NCBI GenBank assembly: GCA_050248615.1
Contig: JBFWSA010000007.1
Coordinates: 1-64,000 of the forward strand
Direction: 5' to 3'
Source of the DNA: Simkaniaceae bacterium
GTDB lineage: Bacteria; Chlamydiota; Chlamydiia; Chlamydiales; Simkaniaceae
Length of the DNA stretch: 64,000 bases
The notes under the pieces are model-generated. The model was not told the origin of the DNA. It was given only the letters and a program-made list of their open reading frames with translations, and did not search any database. Below are positions 9,407 to 19,225 of this stretch, piece after piece (the stretch's first letter is position 1; the number at the start of each line of letters is the position of its first letter). The position numbers and the translations under genes were made by a program.

Positions 9407-11380
9407 TTAAGTTGGCGTTTCTATTTTTAGTCGTTCTATGCCACTGATAAGAATCTTATGGAGGAGCTCAGAATAGCTGATTCCTGCAAATTCAGCCATA
9501 TAGTTCAATTTACCGTCCCAACACCAACCGGGATTGGGGTTGACTTCGAGGAGTTTGATCTTTCCTTTGGCGTCTTTGCGGTAATCAAATCGAGCATAGT
9601 CACGACATCCCATCCGCTCAAAAAGTTGGATAGAATAGTCTGTCAAAGCTCTATATTCCTCTTCGCTCAATTGGGCAGGCTTATAACGAATATTTTTCCA
9701 ATAGGCAGAATCGGGTAACCATTTTGACTCGTAGGGTAAAAGGTGAGGAAGCCCCTCAGGGAGGTGGCTATAATCGACTTCAAGAATGGGAAGAATCTGG
9801 AAGTCTGAATAGTTTCCAATGACTCCTACGCTATATTCTTGTCCATTTAAAAACTCTTGAATAAGGACAGGAACGGAGGGGAGCAAGCTTTTGAGCCAAT
9901 CAAAGTAGTCGATCAACTGCTCCGCATTATGAACGACTGCGTGTTGGGTGATCCCTTGAGAGCTATCTCCTAAAGAGGGCTTAAGGAGAGCGGGGAAATA
10001 ATTGGGAATGGCTACCGATGAGTTATTGGGGTCTATCCAGATTTCATCAGGAACGGGGATTTCTAACGATTGGGCAACAGCTCGCGTTAAAGCTTTATCA
10101 TAACTGAAAGCTAAACAGGCAGGTCCTGCTCCTGTATAGGGGATATTAAGCATCTCTAAAAGGGCGCAGATATGAAGTTCTTGTGTCGCTTTATTATTGA
10201 ACCCTTCATCGCAGAGGTTCAAGACAAAAGCAGGAGGGGATTTTGTGAGAGATTTAAAGAGGGATTTATGATCATCGAAGTAGGTAAACTGAAAATCGGG
10301 AAGTTCATTTAGAGCGCTTTTGAGCTTTGCAATGGTCTGCATGTCCTCCTCATTAAATTTACCATCCTTTTTCACCGCATCGGGAATAGAGGGATCTCCA
10401 AGTAATACCGTACAAGAGATTTTCTTATCGGTCTTAAATTTTTGAGAGATGTTCTTCTTGGGGGCAAAGGCTTTTAGAGTCATTCTATGGGCCATCATGC
10501 CGAGATCTTGACCTCTTGAAGAGAGGGATTGGACATTATCTAATAACTCGATGTTTTTAAAACCTGCAGCTTTAAGGAGGTCTGTCAGTTCAGTCTGAGA
10601 ATAGAGTCTTTCTGCATAAAACTGATCGGCAATGACCCCTTTTTCGACTTCTACGACAACTTCACGGCAGATGAGCCTTTTTTGGTCTTCAGATAGGTGC
10701 CTTTCTCGACAAACAAAAAGAGATTGATCAATCCACTCCCAGCTGCGCGGTTGATAGTTGTTTTTGATCCACTCCCCATTTGTAACATCTAAATAGATCA
10801 TCCCTTCCGAAGTCAGCACACGGCTCACTTCTTGCAGAACTTTTAAATCATCATCCTCATGCTCAAAATAACCAAAGGAGTTTCCCATAATCGTCACTAA
10901 GTCTATGGAGTTTGAAGGGACGCGAAATTTTCGCGCATCTCCTTCGGAAAATTTGGTTGCAGAAGAGACTCCCATATGTTGAGCCCGTTTACGGGCTAGG
11001 CGAATAAGATACCGCGAACGGTCGATGCCGAAGAGACGCGTGTACCCCCGTTTTGCAAACTCCAGGATATGTCTCCCTTGCCCGCAGCATAAATCCAAAA
11101 TGGTTTGGGTAGGTTTTATCCCAGTAGATTGCATCACAGAATCGATTTCCCTCTGTGTGTTTTGATTATTCTCGATGACATCTGCATCCGTTTTTAAATA
11201 AAGGGAATTGAAAAGATGGCGCCACCATTCTGCCGGCAAATGCTTTTCTAGGTCTGCGATCGGGCCTAGGCAATGATGTTTGTGGGGGAAGCGTGCGTTT
11301 GAACTTTTTTCTTGTTGCTTGCTTATAGGAACATCTAGAGTTTTTGACATAGTCCTCTTTATATTGCTTCGATTTTTCAT
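9407..11380 (-). CDS. Class I SAM methyltransferase fused to a D-Ala-D-Ala ligase-like ATP-grasp domain
   Basis: ILDLCCGQGRH SAM motif at the N-terminus; IPYTG, LLKP-GDSSQGI, YARFDYR and LLEVNPNPG at the C-terminus. Confidence 0.88.
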   Translation of the reverse strand: MKNRSNIKRTMSKTLDVPISKQQEKSSNARFPHKHHCLGPIADLEKHLPAEWWRHLFNSLYLKTDADVIENNQNTQREIDSVMQSTGIKPTQTILDLCCGQGRHILEFAKRGYTRLFGIDRSRYLIRLARKRAQHMGVSSATKFSEGDARKFRVPSNSIDLVTIMGNSFGYFEHEDDDLKVLQEVSRVLTSEGMIYLDVTNGEWIKNNYQPRSWEWIDQSLFVCRERHLSEDQKRLICREVVVEVEKGVIADQFYAERLYSQTELTDLLKAAGFKNIELLDNVQSLSSRGQDLGMMAHRMTLKAFAPKKNISQKFKTDKKISCTVLLGDPSIPDAVKKDGKFNEEDMQTIAKLKSALNELPDFQFTYFDDHKSLFKSLTKSPPAFVLNLCDEGFNNKATQELHICALLEMLNIPYTGAGPACLAFSYDKALTRAVAQSLEIPVPDEIWIDPNNSSVAIPNYFPALLKPSLGDSSQGITQHAVVHNAEQLIDYFDWLKSLLPSVPVLIQEFLNGQEYSVGVIGNYSDFQILPILEVDYSHLPEGLPHLLPYESKWLPDSAYWKNIRYKPAQLSEEEYRALTDYSIQLFERMGCRDYARFDYRKDAKGKIKLLEVNPNPGWCWDGKLNYMAEFAGISYSELLHKILISGIERLKIETPT

Positions 11381-11479
11381 GAAAATTGAACGAAATCATT
11401 CTAGCCTAGAAATCGAAAAAAAAGGTAGTTGAAAGTATTTGGTCGAAGAGAAAGGTATAAGAGATTTAATGCAAGTCTC

Positions 11480-12946
11480 TTATGAAGAAATTTTCTTGTT
11501 AAGGAGATCTTTAACAACGTCGGGGGAGGCTTTCCCCTTGGAGAGCTTCATCACTTGCCCGACTAAGAAATTAAAGGCCTTATCCTTTCCATTTTTGAAG
11601 TCCTCAACGGATTGTCCATTTTCGCTAATCACTTGATCGACAAAAGGTTCGATGGCTGAGGTATCATGGACCGCTTGGAAGTTCGGATTTTCTTTAATGA
11701 TCAGCTCGGGATCTTTTCCGGGGATTTGTACCATGATATCTGCCACTTCTTTGGCAATGCGCCCGGTGATTTTTTTAGAATCGATCGAAGAGACAAGTTT
11801 GGCGATATGTTCGGCTAAGATTCCTGAAGAGGGGAGTTTGATACCACTCTCTTTGAATCTCCCGACGAACTCGACGGTGATCCAATTACAGAGGGCCTTG
11901 GCATTGTGATGGTATTTAAGAGAAGACTCAAAGTAATCCGATAATTCCTTATCATTAACAAGGATGGAAGCGTTATATTCTGTGAGCTCGAGTGTTTCGG
12001 TGTAACGTTTAAAGCGTTCGTGGGGGAGTTCTGGAAGTTCGGCACGTATTTTTTCGATATAGGCTTTGGTTAAGATAATGGGGGGGAGATCGGGTTCAGG
12101 GAAATAGCGATAGTCTTTGGCTTCTTCTTTTGTCCGCATGAGAATGGTTTCTTTTTTATCGACATCTAGGCGCACGGTTGCGCTGGGTACGACACGATTC
12201 GGGTCTTCATGAGGTTTAGCTGTGTAGGCGCGGATTTGGCGACGGATTTCCGCCTCAATCCCGATTTCCATGAAGTTAAAGGAATTGAGGTTCTTGATTT
12301 CCACCTTATTGCGGAGGGTTTTATCTCCTCTAGGTCTCACAGAAACGTTGGTATCGATCCGAAGAGACCCTTCTTCCATATTACAATCGGAAACATCTAA
12401 ATATTCCATGATCGCTTTGAGCGTAGTAGCGTAGGCAGTCGCATCTTTGGGAGAAAACATACAAGGCTCAGAGACAATTTCTAGGAGGGGGACACCTGCG
12501 CGGTTATAATCTACCCCTGCAAAGTCAGAAAAGTGCTTAAGCATCCCTGCATCGTCTTCGAGGTGGGCATGATGGATTTGAAAAATCTTTGTTTTTCCTT
12601 CTACATCCGCAACAACTTGCCCTCCAATGATGATGGGCTGCTCAAACTGCGTGATTTGGAAATTACGGGGAGAATCTGGGTAAAAATAGGATTTGCGATC
12701 AAACTTGCTAAATTCTGCAACTTCTGCACCAATTGCGCAGCCAAATAGGATCGCTTTGTCAACGGCCTCTTTGTTAAGAACGGGGAGAGCTCCAGGTTGT
12801 CCCGTATCCACAATTTCGATATTGGTATTGGGCTCATTTCCAAAGCGGTTAGGGGAGTGTGCAAAAATTTTTGAGCGGGTTCTGAGCTGGACATGGATTT
12901 CCAGGCCAATAACGGGTTCCCATTCTTCGTAAGAAATCTCTGTCAT
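11480..12946 (-). CDS. gatB: Asp/Glu-tRNA amidotransferase subunit B
   Basis: IGLEIHVQL, FDRKSYFYPD, DYRYFPEPDLPP. Confidence 0.98.
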   Translation of the reverse strand: MTEISYEEWEPVIGLEIHVQLRTRSKIFAHSPNRFGNEPNTNIEIVDTGQPGALPVLNKEAVDKAILFGCAIGAEVAEFSKFDRKSYFYPDSPRNFQITQFEQPIIIGGQVVADVEGKTKIFQIHHAHLEDDAGMLKHFSDFAGVDYNRAGVPLLEIVSEPCMFSPKDATAYATTLKAIMEYLDVSDCNMEEGSLRIDTNVSVRPRGDKTLRNKVEIKNLNSFNFMEIGIEAEIRRQIRAYTAKPHEDPNRVVPSATVRLDVDKKETILMRTKEEAKDYRYFPEPDLPPIILTKAYIEKIRAELPELPHERFKRYTETLELTEYNASILVNDKELSDYFESSLKYHHNAKALCNWITVEFVGRFKESGIKLPSSGILAEHIAKLVSSIDSKKITGRIAKEVADIMVQIPGKDPELIIKENPNFQAVHDTSAIEPFVDQVISENGQSVEDFKNGKDKAFNFLVGQVMKLSKGKASPDVVKDLLNKKISS

Positions 12947-14412
12947 AGACGCACCTCCTTATCAAATAGGGGAGGGATAAATCCTGTGAGATTTAACGCT
13001 TTTTCAAATTGGTAGGCAAAATGCATCACCCGTCCATCTGACAGTTGGGGGCCCATCATTTGGATGCCATGGGGAAGCCCTTCATTGTTTTTTCCTGAGG
13101 GGACGCTAATGGCCGGAAGTCCGGCTAGGTTTGCACCGACTGTGTAGAGATCTTGCAAATACATTTCAAGAGGATCGCGTATTCCTGCAATTTCAAAAGC
13201 TGGAGAGGGGGTTACAGGCATCACGACCACATCACATTTGGCAAAGGCTTTCTTGTACTCTTCGATGATGAGAGTGCGCACTTTTTGTGCTTTTTTATAG
13301 TAAGCATCTTGATAACCCGATGAAAGAACAAACGTCCCTAAGAGAATACGCTGCTTAACTTCTGGTCCGAAACCCTCTTGCCTAGACATATCATAGATTT
13401 CATCTAAGGTTTTGGCTTTTTCAGAACGTTTGCCATAGCGGATCCCATCGAAACGGGCTAGATTAGTCGAGGCTTCGGCAGTGGAGAGAATATAGTAAAT
13501 GGGAATGGAATATTTGAGTTTGTTGAGCTTCACTTCCACAATTTTTACCCCTAGCCCTTTGAGGACCTCTAAGGCATCATCAAAAACTTTACGGGACACT
13601 TCAGAGAGATCTTCTAAAAACTCCCAAGGCACACCAATTGTTTTTCCTTGAATCGAAGTAGATAAATGATCCCGATAGGTTTCGGGAAGGACCTGTTGGC
13701 TAGTTGCGTCATGCTTGCAATGGTGACCCAGAACCTCCATCATCAGAGCAGCATCTTGAACAGAGTTGGTAAAAGGGCCAATTTGGTCTAGAGAAGATCC
13801 AAAGGCGACAAGGCCAAAACGAGAGATTCTTCCGTAAGTAGGTTTAAAACCTACCGTACCTGTAAAAGCTGCGGGTTGTCTAATAGATCCCCCTGTATCA
13901 CTTCCTAATGAGATCGGAGCTAGGCGTCCCCCTACTGCAGCTGCAGATCCTCCAGAAGATCCCCCAGGGGAGCGGGAAAGATTCCAGGGATTACGAGTAA
14001 TTTGGTAAGCAGAGTTTTCTGTTGAAGATCCCATTGCAAATTCATCTAGGTTTGTCTTTCCTAGGATGAGGCCATCTGCTGCTTCAATGAGTCGTGTTGC
14101 TGTAGCGTCAAAAGGTGCAGTGTAATTAGAGAGAAATTTCGAAGCACAGGTCGTGGTTTCTCCTTTGATATGGATATTATCTTTAATCGCAATCGGGACA
14201 CCGGCAAGCTTCCCCAAGGGTTTCCCTTGAGCTCTTTTAACGTCGAGCTCTTCTGCCTTTGTCATGACGCGATCTGATAAAACATTCAAGAATGCATTTA
14301 GATCTCCATCGAGTATCTGAATCCGCTGGAGAAAGTAGGCAGCGATTTCTGAGGCTGTATGTTCTCCTTTTACAAAAGATTCATGGAGGGCGACTGCGGA
14401 CTTACGGTACAT
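12943..14412 (-). CDS. gatA: Asp/Glu-tRNA amidotransferase subunit A
   Basis: Amidase signature GKTNLDEFAMGSS, PGGSSGGSAAAV, GSDTGGSIRQPA. Confidence 0.98.
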   Translation of the reverse strand: MYRKSAVALHESFVKGEHTASEIAAYFLQRIQILDGDLNAFLNVLSDRVMTKAEELDVKRAQGKPLGKLAGVPIAIKDNIHIKGETTTCASKFLSNYTAPFDATATRLIEAADGLILGKTNLDEFAMGSSTENSAYQITRNPWNLSRSPGGSSGGSAAAVGGRLAPISLGSDTGGSIRQPAAFTGTVGFKPTYGRISRFGLVAFGSSLDQIGPFTNSVQDAALMMEVLGHHCKHDATSQQVLPETYRDHLSTSIQGKTIGVPWEFLEDLSEVSRKVFDDALEVLKGLGVKIVEVKLNKLKYSIPIYYILSTAEASTNLARFDGIRYGKRSEKAKTLDEIYDMSRQEGFGPEVKQRILLGTFVLSSGYQDAYYKKAQKVRTLIIEEYKKAFAKCDVVVMPVTPSPAFEIAGIRDPLEMYLQDLYTVGANLAGLPAISVPSGKNNEGLPHGIQMMGPQLSDGRVMHFAYQFEKALNLTGFIPPLFDKEVRL

Positions 14413-14421
14413 GGCTAACCT

Positions 14422-14718
14422 TTAAAACTTGATCACGGGAGGAACGCGGATCATTCCACCGACGTGGGAAGGGCTATTTTCTAAGAAAGTTTCACGCGAA
14501 AGCATCTCTCCCACTTCATCTTCACGCATTACAATGGAAACCGTTTCACTCACATGATTACAGATCTCTACCCCTTCTGTGTCTACTTCTTTAAGGTGAT
14601 CGATATAATTTAAGATTGACTGAAGGTTTTTGTGGAGCTTTTCAATTTCTTCGTCTGAGCAATGAATTTTGCAGAGCTCTGCGAGATCTTGAAGTGTTTT
14701 TTTATCCAATTTAGACAC
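14422..14718 (-). CDS. gatC: Asp/Glu-tRNA amidotransferase subunit C (likely GTG start at 14718)
   Basis: LAELCKI, ILNYIDHLKEVDT, MREDE, RVPPVI; GGAGG RBS before GTG. Confidence 0.93.
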   Translation of the reverse strand: MSKLDKKTLQDLAELCKIHCSDEEIEKLHKNLQSILNYIDHLKEVDTEGVEICNHVSETVSIVMREDEVGEMLSRETFLENSPSHVGGMIRVPPVIKF

Positions 14719-14746
14719 AAAACCTCCTGTAAAGGGATAGAGCACC

Positions 14747-14775
14747 ATTCTATAGAGAAATTCGCTAAAAGTCAA
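14747..14775 (-). promoter_or_regulatory. sigma66/sigma70-type promoter of gatCAB
   Basis: TTGACT-17 bp-TAGAAT on the minus strand ~30 bp upstream of gatC. Confidence 0.7.
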
Positions 14776-14809
14776 TAACGGGATTCTTGCAAACAAGAAC
14801 CCCGTTATT
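14774..14809. terminator. Long hairpin downstream of the 14830-16395 gene
   Basis: AATAACGGG-a-TTCTTG-caaa-CAAGAA-c-CCCGTTATT. Confidence 0.5.
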
Positions 14810-14829
14810 TTTGGAGAGAGGTTTCAAAA

Positions 14830-16395
14830 TTAATAGGTTTGATTTCCTAACTTCCAATCACACTCGGGATAGGGGTCCCCATTAGGGAGTGTTGTAAAAT
14901 CGTAAAGAACAATGTTGTTCTTAGGAGCCCAACAACAATGGTGTGTGAAAGCTGAGAAAAATAGTTCGTACAAGAACCCAGTCTTCGTCTGTGTGTTGTA
15001 AATCAGTTTGACGAAATTATCGACACTCCAATTTCCCAAAAATCGCCCTTTTTTGGGTTCAAAATTTGTGCTGAAAACATAGTAAATCCCCCCATGAATT
15101 CTAGGAGAAACCTTAGGCTGAGACCAATTCATGGGAATGGGAGAGTAGAAATACTCGGCATGCTCAACATCTTGGGTGGTGCTGAATGTAGAAGTAATCT
15201 TCATTTGGCGGTTATTTATAGGATCTTCTGAGACCACCTTGCGGACAGCTTGGCTCAAATAGGGGGGGCGCACTTCAATATAGCTCCCATTTAGGAATTG
15301 TCCCTCTTGGTACTCTCCTCCTCCTGTTTTAAAGTAAGTATAAAGCCCTTCAATTTCAGAAGTGCCTCGGGCGTTATTGATATAACCGGGACCTTTCATG
15401 AAGGGAGTTCCCCGAAAAACGTCTCCTAGATTGTGAGATAAGTTTGTGAGGGCACTAGCGTTATAGACCGTAGGATCTGGTAAAAGCTCGCTATTTTGGT
15501 AGACACATTCGACTAAACGGGGGTCATACATCCTAATATAAACGGTTTCTAGGAGGGCATGATTTTTCTCACTTCTCCATGCAGGGGCTAGATAGTTAGG
15601 TCCTTCCGAGGGAAAATTCTCAGGGGTTTTTAATCCAATGCTATTGGGTTTCTCACCGCGTAGGTCTGTTTGCAAGGGAAACAAGGCTAAGTTTGCAAAA
15701 GCAAAGTCTTTTTGATCCATATTCAACAGAATCGCACGACGGATATGAAAATGGTTATTTTCAGGTAAGAGTTCATTCACATTGCACTTATATTGATCGA
15801 GAGCATTGATGAGGTTTTGGCAGATCCCTTCACTTTCTCCTTTAGGGTCTAGAGTGATTCCCTTTAGAAGGGGGCCTTTTTTTCCGTCAGGATCAAAAGT
15901 ATCATTGGTTAAGGTAACCCACAACAACTTATCAACTAGATTTTGAAAAGATCCAAATTGGTTGTTCGATTTAAAGTAGTAGGCATAAAAATCGTAGAAT
16001 TTTTGAGATAGAGATTGTGGCGTTACATGGAAAGCGTCTCCATCAAGCAAAGCCTCTACCTCTGTGGTCGCATTGAGTTTGAGTGCCCAATAGTAAAAGT
16101 TATCATCCCGACTTGAGTCAAAATTTTCCGGGTTAAAGAAGTCAAATGAAACTGGATCAAGAATACGTACAATGGCTCGCCGGATGTTGTGTTGTTTAAC
16201 GAACTGACACTTGTCATTGAATAGCTTTTGAAGTTTCTCTGTTTTCTCCTCTTGAGATAGACCTTGAAAATCCACTTTTTTGTATTCAGACCATAGACTG
16301 AGATTCAAATGCTTAATAGGACTTGCTTTAAGCTGAGCAGATCCACATAGCATAACTAAAACAAGCAGTGTTAATATAGACTTTAGCTTTTTCAT
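14830..16395 (-). CDS. Secreted hypothetical protein (521 aa)
   Basis: Sec signal peptide MKKLKSILTLLVLVMLCGSAQLKA; AGAGG RBS. Confidence 0.8.
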   Translation of the reverse strand: MKKLKSILTLLVLVMLCGSAQLKASPIKHLNLSLWSEYKKVDFQGLSQEEKTEKLQKLFNDKCQFVKQHNIRRAIVRILDPVSFDFFNPENFDSSRDDNFYYWALKLNATTEVEALLDGDAFHVTPQSLSQKFYDFYAYYFKSNNQFGSFQNLVDKLLWVTLTNDTFDPDGKKGPLLKGITLDPKGESEGICQNLINALDQYKCNVNELLPENNHFHIRRAILLNMDQKDFAFANLALFPLQTDLRGEKPNSIGLKTPENFPSEGPNYLAPAWRSEKNHALLETVYIRMYDPRLVECVYQNSELLPDPTVYNASALTNLSHNLGDVFRGTPFMKGPGYINNARGTSEIEGLYTYFKTGGGEYQEGQFLNGSYIEVRPPYLSQAVRKVVSEDPINNRQMKITSTFSTTQDVEHAEYFYSPIPMNWSQPKVSPRIHGGIYYVFSTNFEPKKGRFLGNWSVDNFVKLIYNTQTKTGFLYELFFSAFTHHCCWAPKNNIVLYDFTTLPNGDPYPECDWKLGNQTY

Positions 16396-16575
16396 AAATT
16401 CCTCTAGCTCCTTCTCCGTTAGCTTTTGAATGAAAAAAAATTTAATTTAACACCCCAATATGAGTCAAAGGATTTTTTTACTTTCTGTAAAGAAAGAGTT
16501 AAGCAAAAAAATTGGATGGTCAAATTCAAGAAATCCCTTTAATATGCAAAGGGTAGGAAACAGGAGATAGTACCT

Positions 16576-16806
16576 ATGAAAGTCATTAATTTTATTGCAC
16601 TGATACTTATCTTGATAGGAGCTTTAAACTGGGGATTATGGGGATTTTTCCAGTTTGATTTAGTTGCTTACTTATTTGGAGGAGACACCACGTGGCTCTC
16701 GCGCCTTGTTTATGCAATTGTAGGTTTAGGCGGTCTTTGGGGACTAACCTTTCTTGCAAAATGCAAAGCGATTTGCTGCAGTTCCTGCTGTAAAGGTGAA
16801 AAGTAG
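16576..16806 (+). CDS. DUF378 family small membrane protein
   Basis: LILIGALNWGLWG-FDLVAYLFG-SRLVYAIVGL; AGGAG RBS. Confidence 0.9.
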   Translation: MKVINFIALILILIGALNWGLWGFFQFDLVAYLFGGDTTWLSRLVYAIVGLGGLWGLTFLAKCKAICCSSCCKGEK

Positions 16807-16979
16807 ATTTTTCAATCTCATTTGAGACCGTTGCAAAAACAGGGTTTAAGGATACAATGATTCTAGAGTCGATTGCGAATCTGATGTACCCTGAACCTGA
16901 ATAGGTAACCTTTTCTTTGCAAAAAATTTCGCAGGTTTTTAATAATCTTTTCTGACTTAAGTTTGTCTGATGTGAAAAG

Positions 16980-18365
16980 ATGCCTTCGAAAAGTAAGTTC
17001 CGCTTTCGTTCTTTGATCAACAGGTCGGCAGAGGATGTCTTTAATTGGCATTTGAGACCCCGGATGTTAGAGCGGTGCCTTCCACCTTGGGAAGACATTC
17101 GAGTTCTTTCTTCTGCAGGGCGCCCTGACCATTTGGGGTCAAAAATAGCTATCGATGGAAAGACTATAGGTCCTTTCCGCTCAAAAATTGAAATGCAATA
17201 TACGCATTATGTAGCCAATGAATCCTTTAAAGCTCTTCAGACGACAGGCTTTTTTTCAAATTATGAATACGAAACCATTATTACCCCTCAAAGTAGCCAT
17301 ACGTGTGAAGTGATAGATCAGTTTGAATTTACCCATGACTATCCCAAGATTGCTTCTTTTTTTATCAACCGCTCCTTTAGAGAGCGTCTATCACGGATAC
17401 TTGTCTATAAGCATGAAATGATTGATCACGACTTAACTCTTTTAGAAAAATATCCTTTTCAACAACCTCTTAAAGTTTTGATTTCAGGATCACACGGTCT
17501 GATTGGGAAAAATCTCTCCCATTTTTTAGAGTTTGCAGGACATGATGTCTGGCACCTTTCCCGCTCTCAATCCAAGCAAGGGGAGCAAACCATTGTTTGG
17601 GATCCCTATGCCCCCCCAGCTGGTGTTGAACTTTTTGAGGGGTTTGATGCCGTGATCCATTTAGCAGGGGAAAATATTGCTAAAGGAAGGTGGACGAAGA
17701 AAAAGAAGGAGCAGATTTTGGAAAGTCGCTCTAAAGGAACAGAAACCCTTGTCGAAATATTGAAAAAGTTAAAACGTCCACCTAAGATCTATATCAATGC
17801 CTCTGCAGTAGGATACTACGGAAATCGAGGAAGTGATGTGGTTAATGAGGAGAGTCAAGCAGGAGAGGCCCTTTTTATTTCGGAAGTTTGTGAACATTGG
17901 GAAAGGGCTTCAAGAGAGCTTGAAGAGAGGGGAGTGCGTGTGGTTCAGTCCCGTTTTGGGGTGGTGTTGAGTTCTGCAGGAGGAGCCCTTAAACAAATGC
18001 TCCTTCCTTTTAAGTGGGGACTGGGAGGAAAACTTGGCCATGGACATCAGTATATCAGCTGGGTGTCTATAGATGATGTGATTGGTGCACTGTATCATAT
18101 CATGATGACTCAGGCGCTTATAGGACCTGTGAATATCGTTTCTCCACAGCCTGTTATGAATATGGTTTTCTGCAAAAAGTTGGCAAAGCGTTTAAAACGT
18201 TGGATTGGCCCCCCCTTGCCCGAGTTTGTTGTTCATCTCCTCTTTGGACAAAAAGGGGAGGAGCTTCTGTTAACGAGTACGCGAGTAGAACCCCTGCGCC
18301 TCTTAGAGACGGGCTATACGTTTCTGTACCCAAACCTCTCTCAAGCCTTACAGCACGTCGTCTAA
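16980..18365 (+). CDS. SRPBCC domain fused to TIGR01777 (YfcH-like) NAD-dependent epimerase
   Basis: N-terminal VFNWH-PPW; C-terminal LISGSHGLIG, VIHLAGE, NASAVGYYG, GLGGKLGHGHQ. Confidence 0.88.
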   Translation: MPSKSKFRFRSLINRSAEDVFNWHLRPRMLERCLPPWEDIRVLSSAGRPDHLGSKIAIDGKTIGPFRSKIEMQYTHYVANESFKALQTTGFFSNYEYETIITPQSSHTCEVIDQFEFTHDYPKIASFFINRSFRERLSRILVYKHEMIDHDLTLLEKYPFQQPLKVLISGSHGLIGKNLSHFLEFAGHDVWHLSRSQSKQGEQTIVWDPYAPPAGVELFEGFDAVIHLAGENIAKGRWTKKKKEQILESRSKGTETLVEILKKLKRPPKIYINASAVGYYGNRGSDVVNEESQAGEALFISEVCEHWERASRELEERGVRVVQSRFGVVLSSAGGALKQMLLPFKWGLGGKLGHGHQYISWVSIDDVIGALYHIMMTQALIGPVNIVSPQPVMNMVFCKKLAKRLKRWIGPPLPEFVVHLLFGQKGEELLLTSTRVEPLRLLETGYTFLYPNLSQALQHVV

Positions 18366-18971
18366 AAGTTCTTGGAAAACATCGTCTAAGACTTCAAGAG
18401 CTACGATGGATGTGCGCCTTCCTTGGATTTTTCCATCAATGAGTTGAAGGACATCTTCATGGGTTAATGCCCGTTTTTTCTTGAGTTCTTCATAATAAAT
18501 ATTGATACGATCGATATCCCTAGGGAATGCGCTTTCTTTTTGCAACGTTTTCCAGGCCTCTGAAGGTTTTTGAGCAAAGTAAGTCGAAGAAAGAAAGGTT
18601 TCTTCTTGGATGGGATGATGGGTGAGTTTAAGAAGCTCGTCATCAGAATAAATTTCATCAAGCCTGTGAATTCCAATCCTTTCTTTTTTGGCCTTTTCTA
18701 AGACTTTATCCCGGCAGCTTTCACAATTTTTTATCATTTCAATTTTTTGTTGCGCTTGAATACAAAAAATCACTTTTCGAGCCGCTTGTGCATTACGAAT
18801 GAAGCGGTGAGCTCGACGTTTGAGGCTATAGAGATGATAGCCCCCTGATAGAAGAATCAAAAGTCCATGGAGGAGGGGTTTTTTGAGAAAAGTCTTTTTG
18901 ACCCATTTCCAAGGTTTTTCTTCAATAATTTCATTTTCAAACGATAAATAATCGGAAAGCATTTGAATCAT
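18348..18971 (-). CDS. Hypothetical protein, homologous to the N-terminal domain of 23581-25248
   Basis: Manual alignment of several colinear blocks (see findings). Confidence 0.75.
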   Translation of the reverse strand: MIQMLSDYLSFENEIIEEKPWKWVKKTFLKKPLLHGLLILLSGGYHLYSLKRRAHRFIRNAQAARKVIFCIQAQQKIEMIKNCESCRDKVLEKAKKERIGIHRLDEIYSDDELLKLTHHPIQEETFLSSTYFAQKPSEAWKTLQKESAFPRDIDRINIYYEELKKKRALTHEDVLQLIDGKIQGRRTSIVALEVLDDVFQELLDDVL

Positions 18972-19063
18972 AACACAAAATAAACGTAATTACTTTATTC
19001 TTTTTATTATCATGGTCGAGGAATTATTGAAACGTTTTTTTTAGTAGAATGGATTTATTTCTA

Positions 19064-19093
19064 TTGCTCTCAAAATAGAGGACTTTGTAAAAT
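19064..19093 (+). promoter_or_regulatory. Candidate sigma66 promoter for the leader-brnQ transcript
   Basis: TTGCTC-18 bp-TAAAAT. Confidence 0.5.
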
Positions 19094-19103
19094 GCTGCTT
19101 AAT

Positions 19104-19163
19104 ATGGTGAAAACAGCAACTCTATCTCTCATTTCCACTCTTCTCATTATTGCGCGTCCTTAG
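19104..19163 (+). CDS. Candidate branched-chain amino acid leader peptide MVKTATLSLISTLLIIARP
   Basis: 8 of 19 codons are Leu/Ile/Val, including an LLII run; hairpin ATTGCGC/GCGCAAT (19149-19170) spans the stop; directly upstream of brnQ. Confidence 0.65.
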   Translation: MVKTATLSLISTLLIIARP

Positions 19164-19225
19164 GCGCAATCCATTCGTGTTATTTATAAATATTTAAATT
19201 ACAATTTTTTAAAGAGGAAGGCACA

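Noticed and set aside
16822..16840. GAGACCGTTGCAAAA, resembling an IS5-type terminal repeat
   Set aside because: No matching inverted partner or second copy seen in the window
16607..17098. 163-aa minus-strand ORF
   Set aside because: It overlaps two confident plus-strand genes
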